DNA of 42,957 nucleotides, taken from positions 1-42,957 of the IMG/VR virus record IMGVR_UViG_3300028586_000339; one strand, written 5' to 3'. Source of the DNA: a virus. Lineage: Duplodnaviria > Caudoviricetes. This document shows positions 1 through 8,023 of the stretch, piece by piece (positions within the stretch are counted from its first letter, which is position 1; the number at the start of each line of letters is the position of its first letter). Under the pieces are notes generated by a model, which saw nothing but the letters and a program-made list of their open reading frames with translations, was not told where the DNA came from and did no database searches. The position numbers and the translations under genes are program-made.

Positions 1-648
1 CTGCGCGATGTCCGGCCGCGCCAGCACGATCCGGTAGTGGCTTTCGTACAGGCTACCCGGCTGCACGATCGCGGTCGCGTCCAGACCGGCGAGATCGACC
101 AGCACCGGCGGGCCGAGCGCGAAGCCCGCGCCGAGCCGATCAGGCTCGGTGGCGATGATGCCGATCACGCGCAGCGGCGCCATGCCGATCCGCAACGTAT
201 CACCGACCTTCACCCCAAGCCGATCCGCCAGCGCGGACGCGATCGCGATCTCACGCCCATGCGGGCGCGCGCTGATCGCTCCTGCCGCCAGGCGAAACCG
301 CCCGACCAGCGGCCAGGCGGTATCGACGCCGCGCAGGTCGACCAGCACCGGCCCCGCCGCGCCGCCGAACTCCGCCATCGCACGCGTGGAAACGACTTCG
401 GACACCCACCCGGCGGCCCCAAACGCCGCCAGCTCGGCGACGGTGGCGCGCCGCTGCGAGACGGTCAACTCGACGTCGCCGCCGGCGATCTCCCGACCGT
501 TCGCGTCGAGCGCGGCGAGGATGCTGGCGGACAGGCTGCCGATCCCGGCCAGCGCCGCGGTGCCGAGGAACAGGCACAGCGCGAGCAGCAACAGGCCACG
601 CCCGCCCCGCCGCAGATCGCGCAACGCCAGCCGCCAGGCGATGCTCAA
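1..648 (-). CDS. ABC transporter permease, YbbP/FtsX-like (5' part; runs off the left edge)
   Basis: Manual translation from TTG at 648, which overlaps the ATPase stop: LSIAWRLALRDLRRGGRGLLLLALCLFLGTAALAGIGSLSAS...GGDVEL. This is the typical YbbP N-terminus. Confidence 0.85.
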   Translation of the reverse strand, partial: MSIAWRLALRDLRRGGRGLLLLALCLFLGTAALAGIGSLSASILAALDANGREIAGGDVELTVSQRRATVAELAAFGAAGWVSEVVSTRAMAEFGGAAGPVLVDLRGVDTAWPLVGRFRLAAGAISARPHGREIAIASALADRLGVKVGDTLRIGMAPLRVIGIIATEPDRLGAGFALGPPVLVDLAGLDATAIVQPGSLYESHYRIVLARPDIAQ

Positions 649-1364
649 GAGATCGGCCGATCCGCACGCCGGTCGGCGACGATGCGGCCATCGGCCAGTT
701 CGATCACCCGCGCGCACCGCGCCGCCAGCGCGGGATCGTGGGTGATGACGAACAATGTCGCACCGCTCTCCGCATGGCGGGCAAACAGCATGTCCATGAT
801 CGCGGTGCCGGTCGCGGTATCGAGATTGCCGGTCGGCTCGTCCGCGAACAGCAGCGCCGGCCGCGCCACCAGCGCACGCGCGATCGCCACCCGCTGCTGC
901 TCGCCACCGGAAAGCTGCGCGGGATAATGCGTGATGCGGTGGGCGAGGCCCACACCGGCCAGCTCCGTCTCCGCACGCGCGAACGCATCCCGCACGCCGG
1001 CGAGTTCGAGCGGCACCGCGACATTCTCCAGCGCGGTCATCGTCGGCAGCAGATGGAACGCCTGCAACACGATGCCGATCCGCCCGCGCCGTGCGACTGC
1101 CAGCGCATCCTCGTCCAGCCCGACGAAATCCAGCCCGGCCACGCGCACCGTGCCGCCGCTGGGCCGCTCCAGCCCCGCGAGCACCGCCATCAGCGAGGAT
1201 TTGCCGGACCCCGACGGCCCGAGCAACGCCACGCTTTCACCCGCCTCCACCCGCAGGTCGATGCCGCGCAGGATGTCGACGCGCGCGGGCGGGCGGCCCA
1301 GCGACAGCGAGATGTTGCGCGCGGCGATCAGCGCGCTATCGGCGGGGGATGCAGAAATGGTCAC
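645..1364 (-). CDS. ABC transporter ATP-binding protein (YbbA/LolD-like)
   Basis: Walker A GPSGSGKS, signature LSGGEQQRVAIARA, Walker B LLFADEPTGNLD, H-loop ITHD. Start placed at GTG 1364 (approximate). Confidence 0.93.
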   Translation of the reverse strand: MTISASPADSALIAARNISLSLGRPPARVDILRGIDLRVEAGESVALLGPSGSGKSSLMAVLAGLERPSGGTVRVAGLDFVGLDEDALAVARRGRIGIVLQAFHLLPTMTALENVAVPLELAGVRDAFARAETELAGVGLAHRITHYPAQLSGGEQQRVAIARALVARPALLFADEPTGNLDTATGTAIMDMLFARHAESGATLFVITHDPALAARCARVIELADGRIVADRRADRPIS

Positions 1365-2011
1365 AGACGTTGCGATATGGGTGGCGGCGGGCGGTTGTCC
1401 ATCTCGCACTGGCGATTGTCGCGACGCCCGCCGCCGCCAGCCCCGGGGCGCCGATGATCTGGGCGTTCGGCGACAGCCTCACCGCCGGCTACGGCCTGCC
1501 GCCCGAACAGGGTTTCACCACCCGGCTTCAGGCGGCATTGCGCCGTTCAGGAGTCGCGGCGACGGTGCGCAACGGCGGTGTCGCCGGCGATACCGCCGCG
1601 CAGGCGCGGGCACGGCTGCGCTGGGGGCTGCGGGGGCTGGGTGCGCCGCCCGATCTCGTCATCGTCGAACTCGGCGCGAACGACATGCTGCGCGGGCTGC
1701 CGGTAGCGCAGGCACGCGCCAATCTCGACGCGATCCTCACCGAGTTGCAGGCGCGCCACATCCCGGTGCTGATCGCCGGCATGCGTGCGGCGCCCAACCT
1801 CGGCGCGCACTACGTCACCAGGTTCGAGGCGATGTACCCGGCGCTTGCAAAGGCGCACCACGCGCCGCTCTACCCGTTCTTCCTCGCCGGCGTGGCGGGC
1901 AACCGCGCGCTGATCCAGGCGGACGGGCTGCATCCCAACGCTCGCGGCGTCGATATCATCGTCGGAAGGATGGTGCCGGTCGTGCGGTCAGCACTCCGGT
2001 CACGTCGCTAA
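1349..2011 (+). CDS. tesA: Arylesterase / acyl-CoA thioesterase I (TesA-like SGNH hydrolase)
   Basis: FGDSLTAGYG, GVAGDT, ELGAND and DGLHPN blocks after a signal-peptide-like N-terminus. Divergent and overlapping with the ATPase, as in the ybbA-tesA arrangement. Confidence 0.88.
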   Translation: MQKWSQTLRYGWRRAVVHLALAIVATPAAASPGAPMIWAFGDSLTAGYGLPPEQGFTTRLQAALRRSGVAATVRNGGVAGDTAAQARARLRWGLRGLGAPPDLVIVELGANDMLRGLPVAQARANLDAILTELQARHIPVLIAGMRAAPNLGAHYVTRFEAMYPALAKAHHAPLYPFFLAGVAGNRALIQADGLHPNARGVDIIVGRMVPVVRSALRSRR

Positions 2012-2049
2012 GGTCGACGTGGCTTCGTTCACCGGCTGATTCCGCAGGT

Positions 2050-2068
2050 CCGCCGGAGCCCCCGGCGG
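2050..2068. terminator. GC hairpin, probable terminator between tesA and the tRNA 3' end
   Basis: CCGCCGG-agccc-CCGGCGG inverted repeat; no clear U tract. Confidence 0.4.
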
Positions 2069-2074
2069 GAAGGT

Positions 2075-2088
2075 TGGTGGACAGGGCT
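2075..2088 (-). repeat. Prophage att core: duplicated tRNA 3' end (probably tRNA-Tyr)
   Basis: Minus strand reads AGCCCTGTCCACCA, ending in CCA. It matches my recollection of the sphingomonad tRNA-Tyr(GTA) 3' end (...GAATCCAGCCCTGTCCACCA). The rest of the tRNA is absent, and it sits at the host/phage boundary. Confidence 0.72.
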
Positions 2089-2153
2089 ACTGCTGGCGTA
2101 ATCATAATAACTTCCCCGAATTACTCAACTTTTTCTGATGCGGTTTCCGCCGG

Positions 2154-2172
2154 TGCCCCCAAGGGTGCCCCC
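2154..2172 (-). repeat. Integrase arm-type direct repeat pair of the left att site
   Basis: Minus strand GGGGGCA-ccctt-GGGGGCA (12 bp period), between the att core and alpA. Confidence 0.7.
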
Positions 2173-2191
2173 TTCCGGCGAGGCCTTGATC

Positions 2192-2434
2192 CTAGGCAGC
2201 GTTGCGGTGACGGCTCTCCAACCACGCGGAGACGTCAGCCTCCCACCAGCCGATTGACCGCTTGGTAAGCTGATGCTGACGCGGAAACTCGTCGGCCTCG
2301 ATCAGCCGGTAAATTGTCGTGCGGCTCAGCCCGGTCGTGGCAATCACGTCGTTGATGCGGAGGAAGCGGCCGCGCGCAGAAGGTACCCCCCTGCTCTTCG
2401 CCTGGCTTAGCGTTGGTTTTGGCGCTCGGCTCAT
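2192..2434 (-). CDS. alpA: AlpA-family regulator / probable excisionase (RDF)
   Basis: RFLRINDVIATTGLSRTTIYRLIEADEFPRQHQLTKRSIGWWEADVSAWL; adjacent to the att site. Confidence 0.88.
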   Translation of the reverse strand: MSRAPKPTLSQAKSRGVPSARGRFLRINDVIATTGLSRTTIYRLIEADEFPRQHQLTKRSIGWWEADVSAWLESRHRNAA

Positions 2435-2652
2435 GAAGGCACCGACAAGCTGACAGCGATCGCTTGCAGATCGCAGATAAATCCCGCGAGCCCGTCGAAG
2501 GTCAGGAAGACAGCGGCACCGTCGCGTGTCTCGTCGCCATCGGGTGCGCCGCCCCGCACCTCGAGCAGCATGCCACCAGCTTCGAGCATCGGCGCCCACT
2601 GCAAGGTCATGCCCGCGTGGAGCTGACACCAGACTTTCTTGGTTTCAAACAT
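2431..2652 (-). CDS. Hypothetical phage protein
   Basis: 73 aa ORF whose stop overlaps the alpA start (ATGA coupling). Confidence 0.55.
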   Translation of the reverse strand: MFETKKVWCQLHAGMTLQWAPMLEAGGMLLEVRGGAPDGDETRDGAAVFLTFDGLAGFICDLQAIAVSLSVPS

Positions 2653-2661
2653 CGAGCGCAG

Positions 2662-2841
2662 CTAGCGAACAAGGTCGGGTTGCGCGGCCGGATGGTTTGG
2701 AACCGGCAGTAGCACGCGGCCATGAGCATCAAGCAGCAACGGCTCACCGATCGGCGGAGGCGCCGATCGCCCGTTAATGTCCGACGACAGTTTCCCAAGC
2801 GCTGCAACGCATGCTTGATCGAAGGGAACGGCGGCGCTCAT
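2662..2841 (-). CDS. Hypothetical phage protein (59 aa)
   Basis: Manual translation MSAAVPFDQACVAALGK...PDLVR*. The start overlaps the stop of the upstream gene, and it is in frame with 2431-2652. Confidence 0.4.
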   Translation of the reverse strand: MSAAVPFDQACVAALGKLSSDINGRSAPPPIGEPLLLDAHGRVLLPVPNHPAAQPDLVR

Positions 2842-3566
2842 CGTCCTGCCCCCATTCGGATTGGTTCAAACGGCCGCTGGTGAGCGCAGCCAAGGTCACC
2901 TCTTACAGCGCAGCGGGAGCACGGATCTCGCGACCAGGCGGGCGGCCTCGGATCCGCATCGTAAGGCGCGACCGCAGCCTGCGGCCGTACAAGCGGGATA
3001 AGCACCGCCGCTGGCAGAGACGGCGGTACTGCAATCTCCGCTAGGAGGGCACGCTCCTCCTCGGTGCCAGCTTCCGCTGTTCGCGCGCCGGTAGCTACGA
3101 TCGTCACGTCGCGCGAGTTCTTGAAGCGCCGAACAGAGATCAGGCCGCGCATTTCAAGCCGCCGCAGCACCTCCCCGCCCGACCAGTTCAGATCGCACCC
3201 GAGCAGCTTCGCCACCTCTGTGTTCGTGGGGCAGCGCACACCGCTTTCTGCGGCATCGATCAGTGCCTGAAGCACAATCTTCTCAGGATCACCACGAGGC
3301 GCTGATATGACCGCACTTTCGTCCAGCTTGTCAGGTATGGGCCTGCCTGCGATTAGCGCGCGGACTCGCTGGATTGTAAGCGGCTTTGGCTGTGCTGCTG
3401 CTGCGATCTGGCGCAGCCAGGCAGACGGGAACGGCGTGAGGGGACGAACCAAGTCCAGTGGCGTTGTTCCGCGCGCAACGGCTTCGGTCCGGATAGCTTC
3501 GAAAAGCTCGGCACCGGTAGGGTAGACTTCCTCGCTTGTCTTCTGAATCGTCGCAAACGCGTTCAT
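2838..3566 (-). CDS. Phage protein with LexA-like winged-helix domain and C-terminal Cys/His motif
   Basis: VLQALIDAAESGVRCPTNTEVAKLLG...VLRRLEMRGLISVRR resembles the LexA DNA-binding domain. C-terminal RDPCSRCAVRGDLGCAH; GGAGG RBS before ATG 3566. Confidence 0.65.
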   Translation of the reverse strand: MNAFATIQKTSEEVYPTGAELFEAIRTEAVARGTTPLDLVRPLTPFPSAWLRQIAAAAQPKPLTIQRVRALIAGRPIPDKLDESAVISAPRGDPEKIVLQALIDAAESGVRCPTNTEVAKLLGCDLNWSGGEVLRRLEMRGLISVRRFKNSRDVTIVATGARTAEAGTEEERALLAEIAVPPSLPAAVLIPLVRPQAAVAPYDADPRPPAWSRDPCSRCAVRGDLGCAHQRPFEPIRMGAGR

Positions 3567-3784
3567 GACAATGATCCTCCTGATTTGAGGGCCGCAACAG
3601 CGCTTTTCTGCGCGGTTTTGGATTTGCGGACCGCTGCGCTTGGCTGGGATCGCGAGCTGGGCAACAGGCACAGCTGGACTCCTTCACGTGGATGCGCGCG
3701 GTCGAGTGCGCGGCACTCCACGCAGCTGCAAGGCTCGGCCTGCATGCGGGTCTTCCCCGCGCGTATGCGCGCACCCTTGGGCAT
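3563..3784 (-). CDS. Hypothetical phage protein (CxCxxC)
   Basis: Translationally coupled to both neighbours in the leftward operon. Confidence 0.5.
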   Translation of the reverse strand: MPKGARIRAGKTRMQAEPCSCVECRALDRAHPREGVQLCLLPSSRSQPSAAVRKSKTAQKSAVAALKSGGSLS

Positions 3785-4059
3785 CAGCCCTGCTCCGGCT
3801 GGATTGCAGCGCCTGCAGCGCGAGCAGCCCTCCACACTTTGAAGGCCTTGCCGTGCTCCGGACAAAGATCCTTGTCCTTCGCCGGCGACGTGCTGCACAT
3901 TCGACAGATCGGCGCGTCGCAGGTCTTGCTACGCTTGGTCGGCACCTTCCAATCGCACAGGCGATTTGCCACGCGGCCGCACGCGCACCGCTGCCGGCGG
4001 TGCGAGGAGCAGACGATCGCGGTTCCTCCGCCTGGCATGGTGACGTGCTCGCAGGGCAT
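3784..4059 (-). CDS. Cys-rich hypothetical phage protein (probable Zn binder)
   Basis: CACG...LCDW...TCDAPICRMC...DLCPEH; coupled in the operon. Confidence 0.7.
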   Translation of the reverse strand: MPCEHVTMPGGGTAIVCSSHRRQRCACGRVANRLCDWKVPTKRSKTCDAPICRMCSTSPAKDKDLCPEHGKAFKVWRAARAAGAAIQPEQG

Positions 4060-4311
4060 TTAGAAGCTTGGTGGTGCGATGAGCACCTTTGGCGGCATCG
4101 GCATCCAAGCAGTCGGCACTTCCGCGCGACTTTCGCTTATGCGCCAAGGCGAGTGGTTCCAGAACGGCCGCGGCTTCTGGGAATTGCGATCGTCGTTCCA
4201 GCTGCCGATTTTCCAAGCGGCTGATCGTGGGCACCAGAGCAGGATGTTCGTGCCATCCTGTGGTGCAGTGTCCATCGGCTTTGGGGGCGGAAAAAGCTCG
4301 CTCGCCATCAC
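4060..4311 (-). CDS. Phage protein, DUF551-like
   Basis: [15 protein letters not shown]...PTAWMPMP pattern. Confidence 0.65.
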   Translation of the reverse strand: MMASELFPPPKPMDTAPQDGTNILLWCPRSAAWKIGSWNDDRNSQKPRPFWNHSPWRISESRAEVPTAWMPMPPKVLIAPPSF

Positions 4312-4547
4312 GCCAGCCCCAGCGCTTGCTTATAGGTCTCGAGCAGCGCCTCCGCCTCGTCGCGGTGATGCTTCTCCAGCTTGCGCAGGCGGACGATCGT
4401 GCGGATCGTCTTCACGTCGAAGCCGGTCGATTTAGCCTCGCCGTAGACATCCTTGATGTCGTCAGCGATGCCCTTCTTCTCTTCCTCGAGACGCTCGATG
4501 CGCTCGATCAGGAGGCGCAGCTGGTCGGCGGCGATGTTCTCGCTCAC
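4308..4547 (-). CDS. gapR: GapR / DUF2312-family nucleoid-associated protein
   Basis: [50 protein letters not shown]; start GTG 4547. Confidence 0.92.
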   Translation of the reverse strand: MSENIAADQLRLLIERIERLEEEKKGIADDIKDVYGEAKSTGFDVKTIRTIVRLRKLEKHHRDEAEALLETYKQALGLA

Positions 4548-4747
4548 AGGCCGAACAGCGCGCGGAGCGCTGCCTCCAGATTGCCCTGGACCGCGACGAT
4601 TGCGAAGCCGAGCGCCATGCCGCCGGCGAACAGCGCCGAGCTGCGCGTCACCTGGTTCATTGGACGCCGACACTTAGGGCAGCGGCAATCCTGGCGGTGG
4701 ATGATATGCGCCTCATGGCGCTCAAGCAGCATTAGGTTGGGCTTCAC
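4544..4747 (-). CDS. Hypothetical protein (HxxxCxCxxC plus one TM segment)
   Basis: Coupled ORF; [10 protein letters not shown] followed by a hydrophobic stretch. Confidence 0.6.
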   Translation of the reverse strand: MKPNLMLLERHEAHIIHRQDCRCPKCRRPMNQVTRSSALFAGGMALGFAIVAVQGNLEAALRALFGL

Positions 4748-4941
4748 CGGGCGAACTCCCTTAAGAGAATAATGAAAGCGGTGACCGCGATCACGACGAC
4801 GATCGTGAGGGCGACCAAAGCAGGCGTGAGGTGGCTGCTCAGGGCAAAGGCGAGCGCGACGCCTGCGAGGCCTGTCGCAACGTCGAGGGCGAGGCGCGCG
4901 CCGCGCACCGCGCGGGGGGATGGTGGTGGAAAGTCGTTCAC
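4744..4941 (-). CDS. Small membrane protein (2 TM)
   Basis: Two hydrophobic stretches; GTG start overlaps the upstream stop. Confidence 0.55.
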   Translation of the reverse strand: MNDFPPPSPRAVRGARLALDVATGLAGVALAFALSSHLTPALVALTIVVVIAVTAFIILLREFAR

Positions 4942-5324
4942 GCGACCGTGCCTAGGCTGGCGCATCGCGTGCAGAGATCGGGCCGGGCCCAGCCGCATGG
5001 ATGCGCACCGAAGAAGTCGGTTGCCGCTACGCAACGGTCGAAGTCGCTGCACGCGCAGATGCGGCATAGCTGCGGCGCCGGGAGATCTCCGCCCATGCTG
5101 ATGCGCACCAAGGTGGCGAGCACGTCGAAGTCGAACGGGTAGACGTTGTTAAACGCGACGATCGCATCGAAGCTCGCCGGCGTCGCATCTGCCTCGATGA
5201 ACTCGATCAGCTCGGCGCGCATGTGTTCGGCAATACGCGGCATGGTGCCGATTTTTGCGGCAACATCAGCGACAGATTTCCCGGCCGCGCAGCGACGCAT
5301 CTTAAGATATGCGCCCGGGGTCAT
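4938..5324 (-). CDS. XRE-type HTH protein with Cys-rich C-terminus
   Basis: MTPGAYLKMRRCAAGKSVADVAAKI...; C-terminal CRICACS...C...CGW...DLCTRC. Confidence 0.7.
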   Translation of the reverse strand: MTPGAYLKMRRCAAGKSVADVAAKIGTMPRIAEHMRAELIEFIEADATPASFDAIVAFNNVYPFDFDVLATLVRISMGGDLPAPQLCRICACSDFDRCVAATDFFGAHPCGWARPDLCTRCASLGTVA

Positions 5325-5545
5325 GCCGGCAGCTTGGCGACTTGAGGAAACACCAAGAACGCTTCGAACAGACGCGCTTCCGCCGCTGCCAGACCGTCAT
5401 AGACCGCCGCTTCACGCGTGCTGGGCGAACGCGTTTTGTCACTGTCGCGCGCAGTCAGGCGATGCTTGCCGACTGTCGAAAGCAACTGCAGCAGTTCAGC
5501 GCGGACACGCTCAAGCTCGACGTCATTCGGGACGAACACTGGCAT
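5321..5545 (-). CDS. Hypothetical phage protein
   Basis: AGGA RBS before ATG; coupled to the downstream gene. Confidence 0.55.
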   Translation of the reverse strand: MPVFVPNDVELERVRAELLQLLSTVGKHRLTARDSDKTRSPSTREAAVYDGLAAAEARLFEAFLVFPQVAKLPA

Positions 5546-5639
5546 TCCTTCAGGCAGCAGAAAGCCGCGCCCGAAATCGCGTGATTGCGACGGGCTCGGC
5601 AGAGACGATGGTGGTGTTGGTCAGGTCAGCGCTGGACGA

Positions 5640-6122
5640 TCAGGGCGGCTGCTCGATCGCGGGCTCGGTCGGCAGGTCCAGCAGCGCGATCGCAGAAGTC
5701 GCTTCGCGGATCACGTCCTGCAACTCTTTGATCGCTGTCACACGATCGCGAGGCGTAGCGAACGGCAAACTTGCGAGCACAACGGCTTCGTTAGCCTGCG
5801 CCCCTTCCCGGATCAGTACGCACGCTCGTTGCGCCAAGGCAGTCTCGCTGGCGAAAGCCTTCTCGCGTTCTACCTCGACCTGCAGCGCATACGTTTCAAA
5901 AAGGGGCCGGCCTTGGCCCCCTTCGCGCATGTAGGCGATGTCCAGCATGATCGCCGCCGGGAGCGGCATCTGCTGATCGGGCTTGTCGGCGTCTCCCCAC
6001 GCTCTGACCGTCGCCTCGTGTCTGTCCACGACGCGCGCGAGATCCTTGTAGCCGTTGGGAAACTGGCCAGCGATCCGCGCTAGGGCAGTGTCGATCGACA
6101 TAGGCGCTTTGGGCTTCGTCAT
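5640..6122 (-). CDS. CII-like phage regulatory protein
   Basis: Position downstream of cro; HTH-like DLARVVDRHEATVRAWGDAD and helical C-terminus (REGAQA...IKELQDV). Start ATG 6122. Confidence 0.6.
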   Translation of the reverse strand: MTKPKAPMSIDTALARIAGQFPNGYKDLARVVDRHEATVRAWGDADKPDQQMPLPAAIMLDIAYMREGGQGRPLFETYALQVEVEREKAFASETALAQRACVLIREGAQANEAVVLASLPFATPRDRVTAIKELQDVIREATSAIALLDLPTEPAIEQPP

Positions 6123-6308
6123 GCCGTCACCGCGAAAACGGACGGCCGATCTGTGGGGACGATACTGCGCAGAATGTGCAATCCGACAGCGATCAAACGA
6201 GCTGAAAGGCAGAGTGCAGATGGTGAGCGTCCTTCCGGGGCCGGGCTGGACGCCCGACCCCATCCGGCTATCGTGCAATGTTCCACCAACGCACGAAGGA
6301 GAAAGCTG

Positions 6309-6671
6309 TTGTCCGAGAAACCGTTTGGCTGGCGGCCGTTTACCGATGAGCACCGCCAGAACTTGGTCGAGCAAGGCTTTTCGCTTGAAGACATCGCCAC
6401 GATGGAAGACAGTAACGTGTACGCACCGGCCAATAACGCGGTGTGGGCGATGGAACTCGGCGTTGCCATTCTGCACGCAGCCGGCAAGCGTTTTGGCCCC
6501 GAGTTCGCGCGGGATGTTAAAACAACGCTGGAGCGAAGGGCAGCCAAGTTGCACGCCAGTGACCACGTCGAGGATAATGTGGAGGGACCGATCCTCGATA
6601 CCCTCATCGAAGAACTGGATTGGGAAGCCGTCATCGCCCGAGCTTCCGACCCGAACTGGGAGCCGCAGTAA
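6309..6671 (+). CDS. Acidic hypothetical protein, oriented against the early operon
   Basis: AAGGAG RBS before TTG 6309; protein-like 120 aa product. Confidence 0.6.
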   Translation: MSEKPFGWRPFTDEHRQNLVEQGFSLEDIATMEDSNVYAPANNAVWAMELGVAILHAAGKRFGPEFARDVKTTLERRAAKLHASDHVEDNVEGPILDTLIEELDWEAVIARASDPNWEPQ

Positions 6672-6765
6672 CCTTCGCGCCGAAGCGGTGAACAGCCGCT
6701 TCGGCTTCCTCTCGCGCGATCTCGCGAATGCGCGCTTCCTGCTCTGGCGTGAACGGCGCGCTCAT
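6631..6765 (-). CDS. Small hypothetical protein (44 aa)
   Basis: Manual translation MSAPFTPEQEARIREIAREEAEAAVHRF...; ATG overlaps the cro stop. Confidence 0.5.
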   Translation of the reverse strand: MSAPFTPEQEARIREIAREEAEAAVHRFGAKVTAAPSSGRKLGR

Positions 6766-7040
6766 CGTGCCGGCTCCATGCCGGTGACGTCGTGAATAGG
6801 CGCCGCAGGCGGCTTGCCGATTCCTTCGAGCGGGTAGAGGTCGGGTCGCAGCTCGTGGCGAGAGATGCCGGTTTCCGCTTCGACCTTAAGGACGTGCATG
6901 TGCGGCAACGGCTTGCTGTCGGCCGTCCATTTGCTGACCGCCTGTTGAGTTACACCAATCAGCCGCGCGAACGCCGCCTGCGATCCAGCATGGCTGACCG
7001 CCCGAGCCAGAGCTACAACGGGAGTTGATTCGTGTTCCAT
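6762..7040 (-). CDS. cro: Cro/YdaS-family repressor
   Basis: AVSHAGSQAAFARLIGVTQQAVSKW...TGISRHELRPDLY; divergent from the cI-like gene. Confidence 0.88.
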   Translation of the reverse strand: MEHESTPVVALARAVSHAGSQAAFARLIGVTQQAVSKWTADSKPLPHMHVLKVEAETGISRHELRPDLYPLEGIGKPPAAPIHDVTGMEPAR

Positions 7041-7112
7041 CCACTAACGGATACAACGTGCGTTGTTGGTACGTCAATCCGACAACGGTTGTCGCATAAC
7101 AATATTATTTGT
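7015..7112. promoter_or_regulatory. Immunity operators, ACAA-N6-TTGT type
   Basis: ACAACGGGAGTTGA (7015-7028), ACAACGTGCGTTGT (7053-7066) and ACAATATTATTTGT (7099-7112), at the cro start and in the cro/cI intergenic region. Confidence 0.7.
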
Positions 7113-7127
7113 GTACCTACCTTGCCG

Positions 7128-7709
7128 GTGTTCAATGGGGAGCGCCTTCGCGCGCAGATGGCGCAAGCCGGCATTTCGCAGGCTGAGCTGGCACGACGTG
7201 TAGGCGTCAGCCAGCAAGCGATCGCTCGCTTGGCATCCGGGAACAGCCAAGGCAGCCGCCACATCCACCGTATTGCACGGGAGATCGGTACGACGCCAGC
7301 GTACCTGAGCTGCGAGACAGACGACCCGAGCTCGGAAGGTCCGGAACAGCGTTCGCTCAGTTCCGAATCGCGCGAGTTACTAGACTGCTTTGATGCTTTA
7401 GAACAGGACGAGCGTCGGTCACTACTGCGCGTTGCTCAGTCGATGTCCGGCCGAAAGGTTTCAGGCAAACCTGTCACCCTTCCGAGCACAGCAGCTCTCG
7501 AGGATGCGCTGTCTGGGTTTTTCCAGGCGTCTCCAGGATTGGTTGGGGACGAGCTCGTTCATGAGCTCGCCAAGAGCTTCCCCATAATTCTTCGCGCCGC
7601 TTCAGACGAGATCGAAGAAGCTCAGTCGGATCAGAACGATAATCAGCCCTCGCATCGATCAGTTCCCGATGCCGGTCATCGCGCAGCTCAGCCAAGGCGG
7701 CGCAGCTGA
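7128..7709 (+). CDS. cI: CI-like XRE repressor lacking an S24 autopeptidase domain
   Basis: GERLRAQMAQAGISQAELARRVGVSQQAIARLASG HTH. No Ser/Lys peptidase motifs are visible in the C-terminal half. Start GTG 7128. Confidence 0.82.
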   Translation: MFNGERLRAQMAQAGISQAELARRVGVSQQAIARLASGNSQGSRHIHRIAREIGTTPAYLSCETDDPSSEGPEQRSLSSESRELLDCFDALEQDERRSLLRVAQSMSGRKVSGKPVTLPSTAALEDALSGFFQASPGLVGDELVHELAKSFPIILRAASDEIEEAQSDQNDNQPSHRSVPDAGHRAAQPRRRS

Positions 7710-7770
7710 TGCGGCAATGGGTGCAGCCCTGCTCACAGCCTGGTGTCGATCGATATACCGCGCGCGCCAA
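7474..7770 (-). CDS. Putative SOS-controlled Cys-motif protein antisense to the repressor (possible antirepressor)
   Basis: AGGAGG RBS, then TTG 7770 directly downstream of a LexA box. Contains CEQGCTHCRISC and overlaps the cI 3' end. Confidence 0.45.
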   Translation of the reverse strand: MARAVYRSTPGCEQGCTHCRISCAALAELRDDRHRELIDARADYRSDPTELLRSRLKRREELWGSSWRAHERARPQPILETPGKTQTAHPRELLCSEG

Positions 7771-7786
7771 CTCGACTCGGCCTCCT

Positions 7787-7801
7787 GTTCTTTTTTTGTT
7801 C
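7787..7801. promoter_or_regulatory. Alphaproteobacterial LexA (SOS) box
   Basis: GTTC-TTTTTTT-GTTC, an exact GTTC-N7-GTTC. Confidence 0.8.
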
Positions 7802-7865
7802 TTAACATGAATTTCAGCAAACGTTGAGGGGCTTGGCATGCGAACCTCGCATTATCGTCAGCGTT

Positions 7866-7963
7866 GGGGGTAACGCGGGGGTAAACGTCTAAGCCTCACC
7901 GGCCGCAGCCCGCGCAATTCCGCAGCTTTGGCTCCGACGCGGCGGAGGGGTTGTCCGCCGCTA
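7866..7963 (+). repeat. att-like site A (arm pair plus palindromic core)
   Basis: GGGGGTA at 7866 and 7877; core ACGCGGCGGA-GGGGTTG-TCCGCCGCTA at 7937-7963. Confidence 0.8.
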
Positions 7964-8023
7964 TGGGTTCAACGATAAACATAAGCGGTAAAGATACGGA
8001 TCAGCCGGGGGGAAGCACATCCG

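Noticed and set aside
2060-2110. Complete tRNA gene
   Set aside because: Only 14 bp of a 3' end is present; there is no T-loop GTTCGA or cloverleaf.
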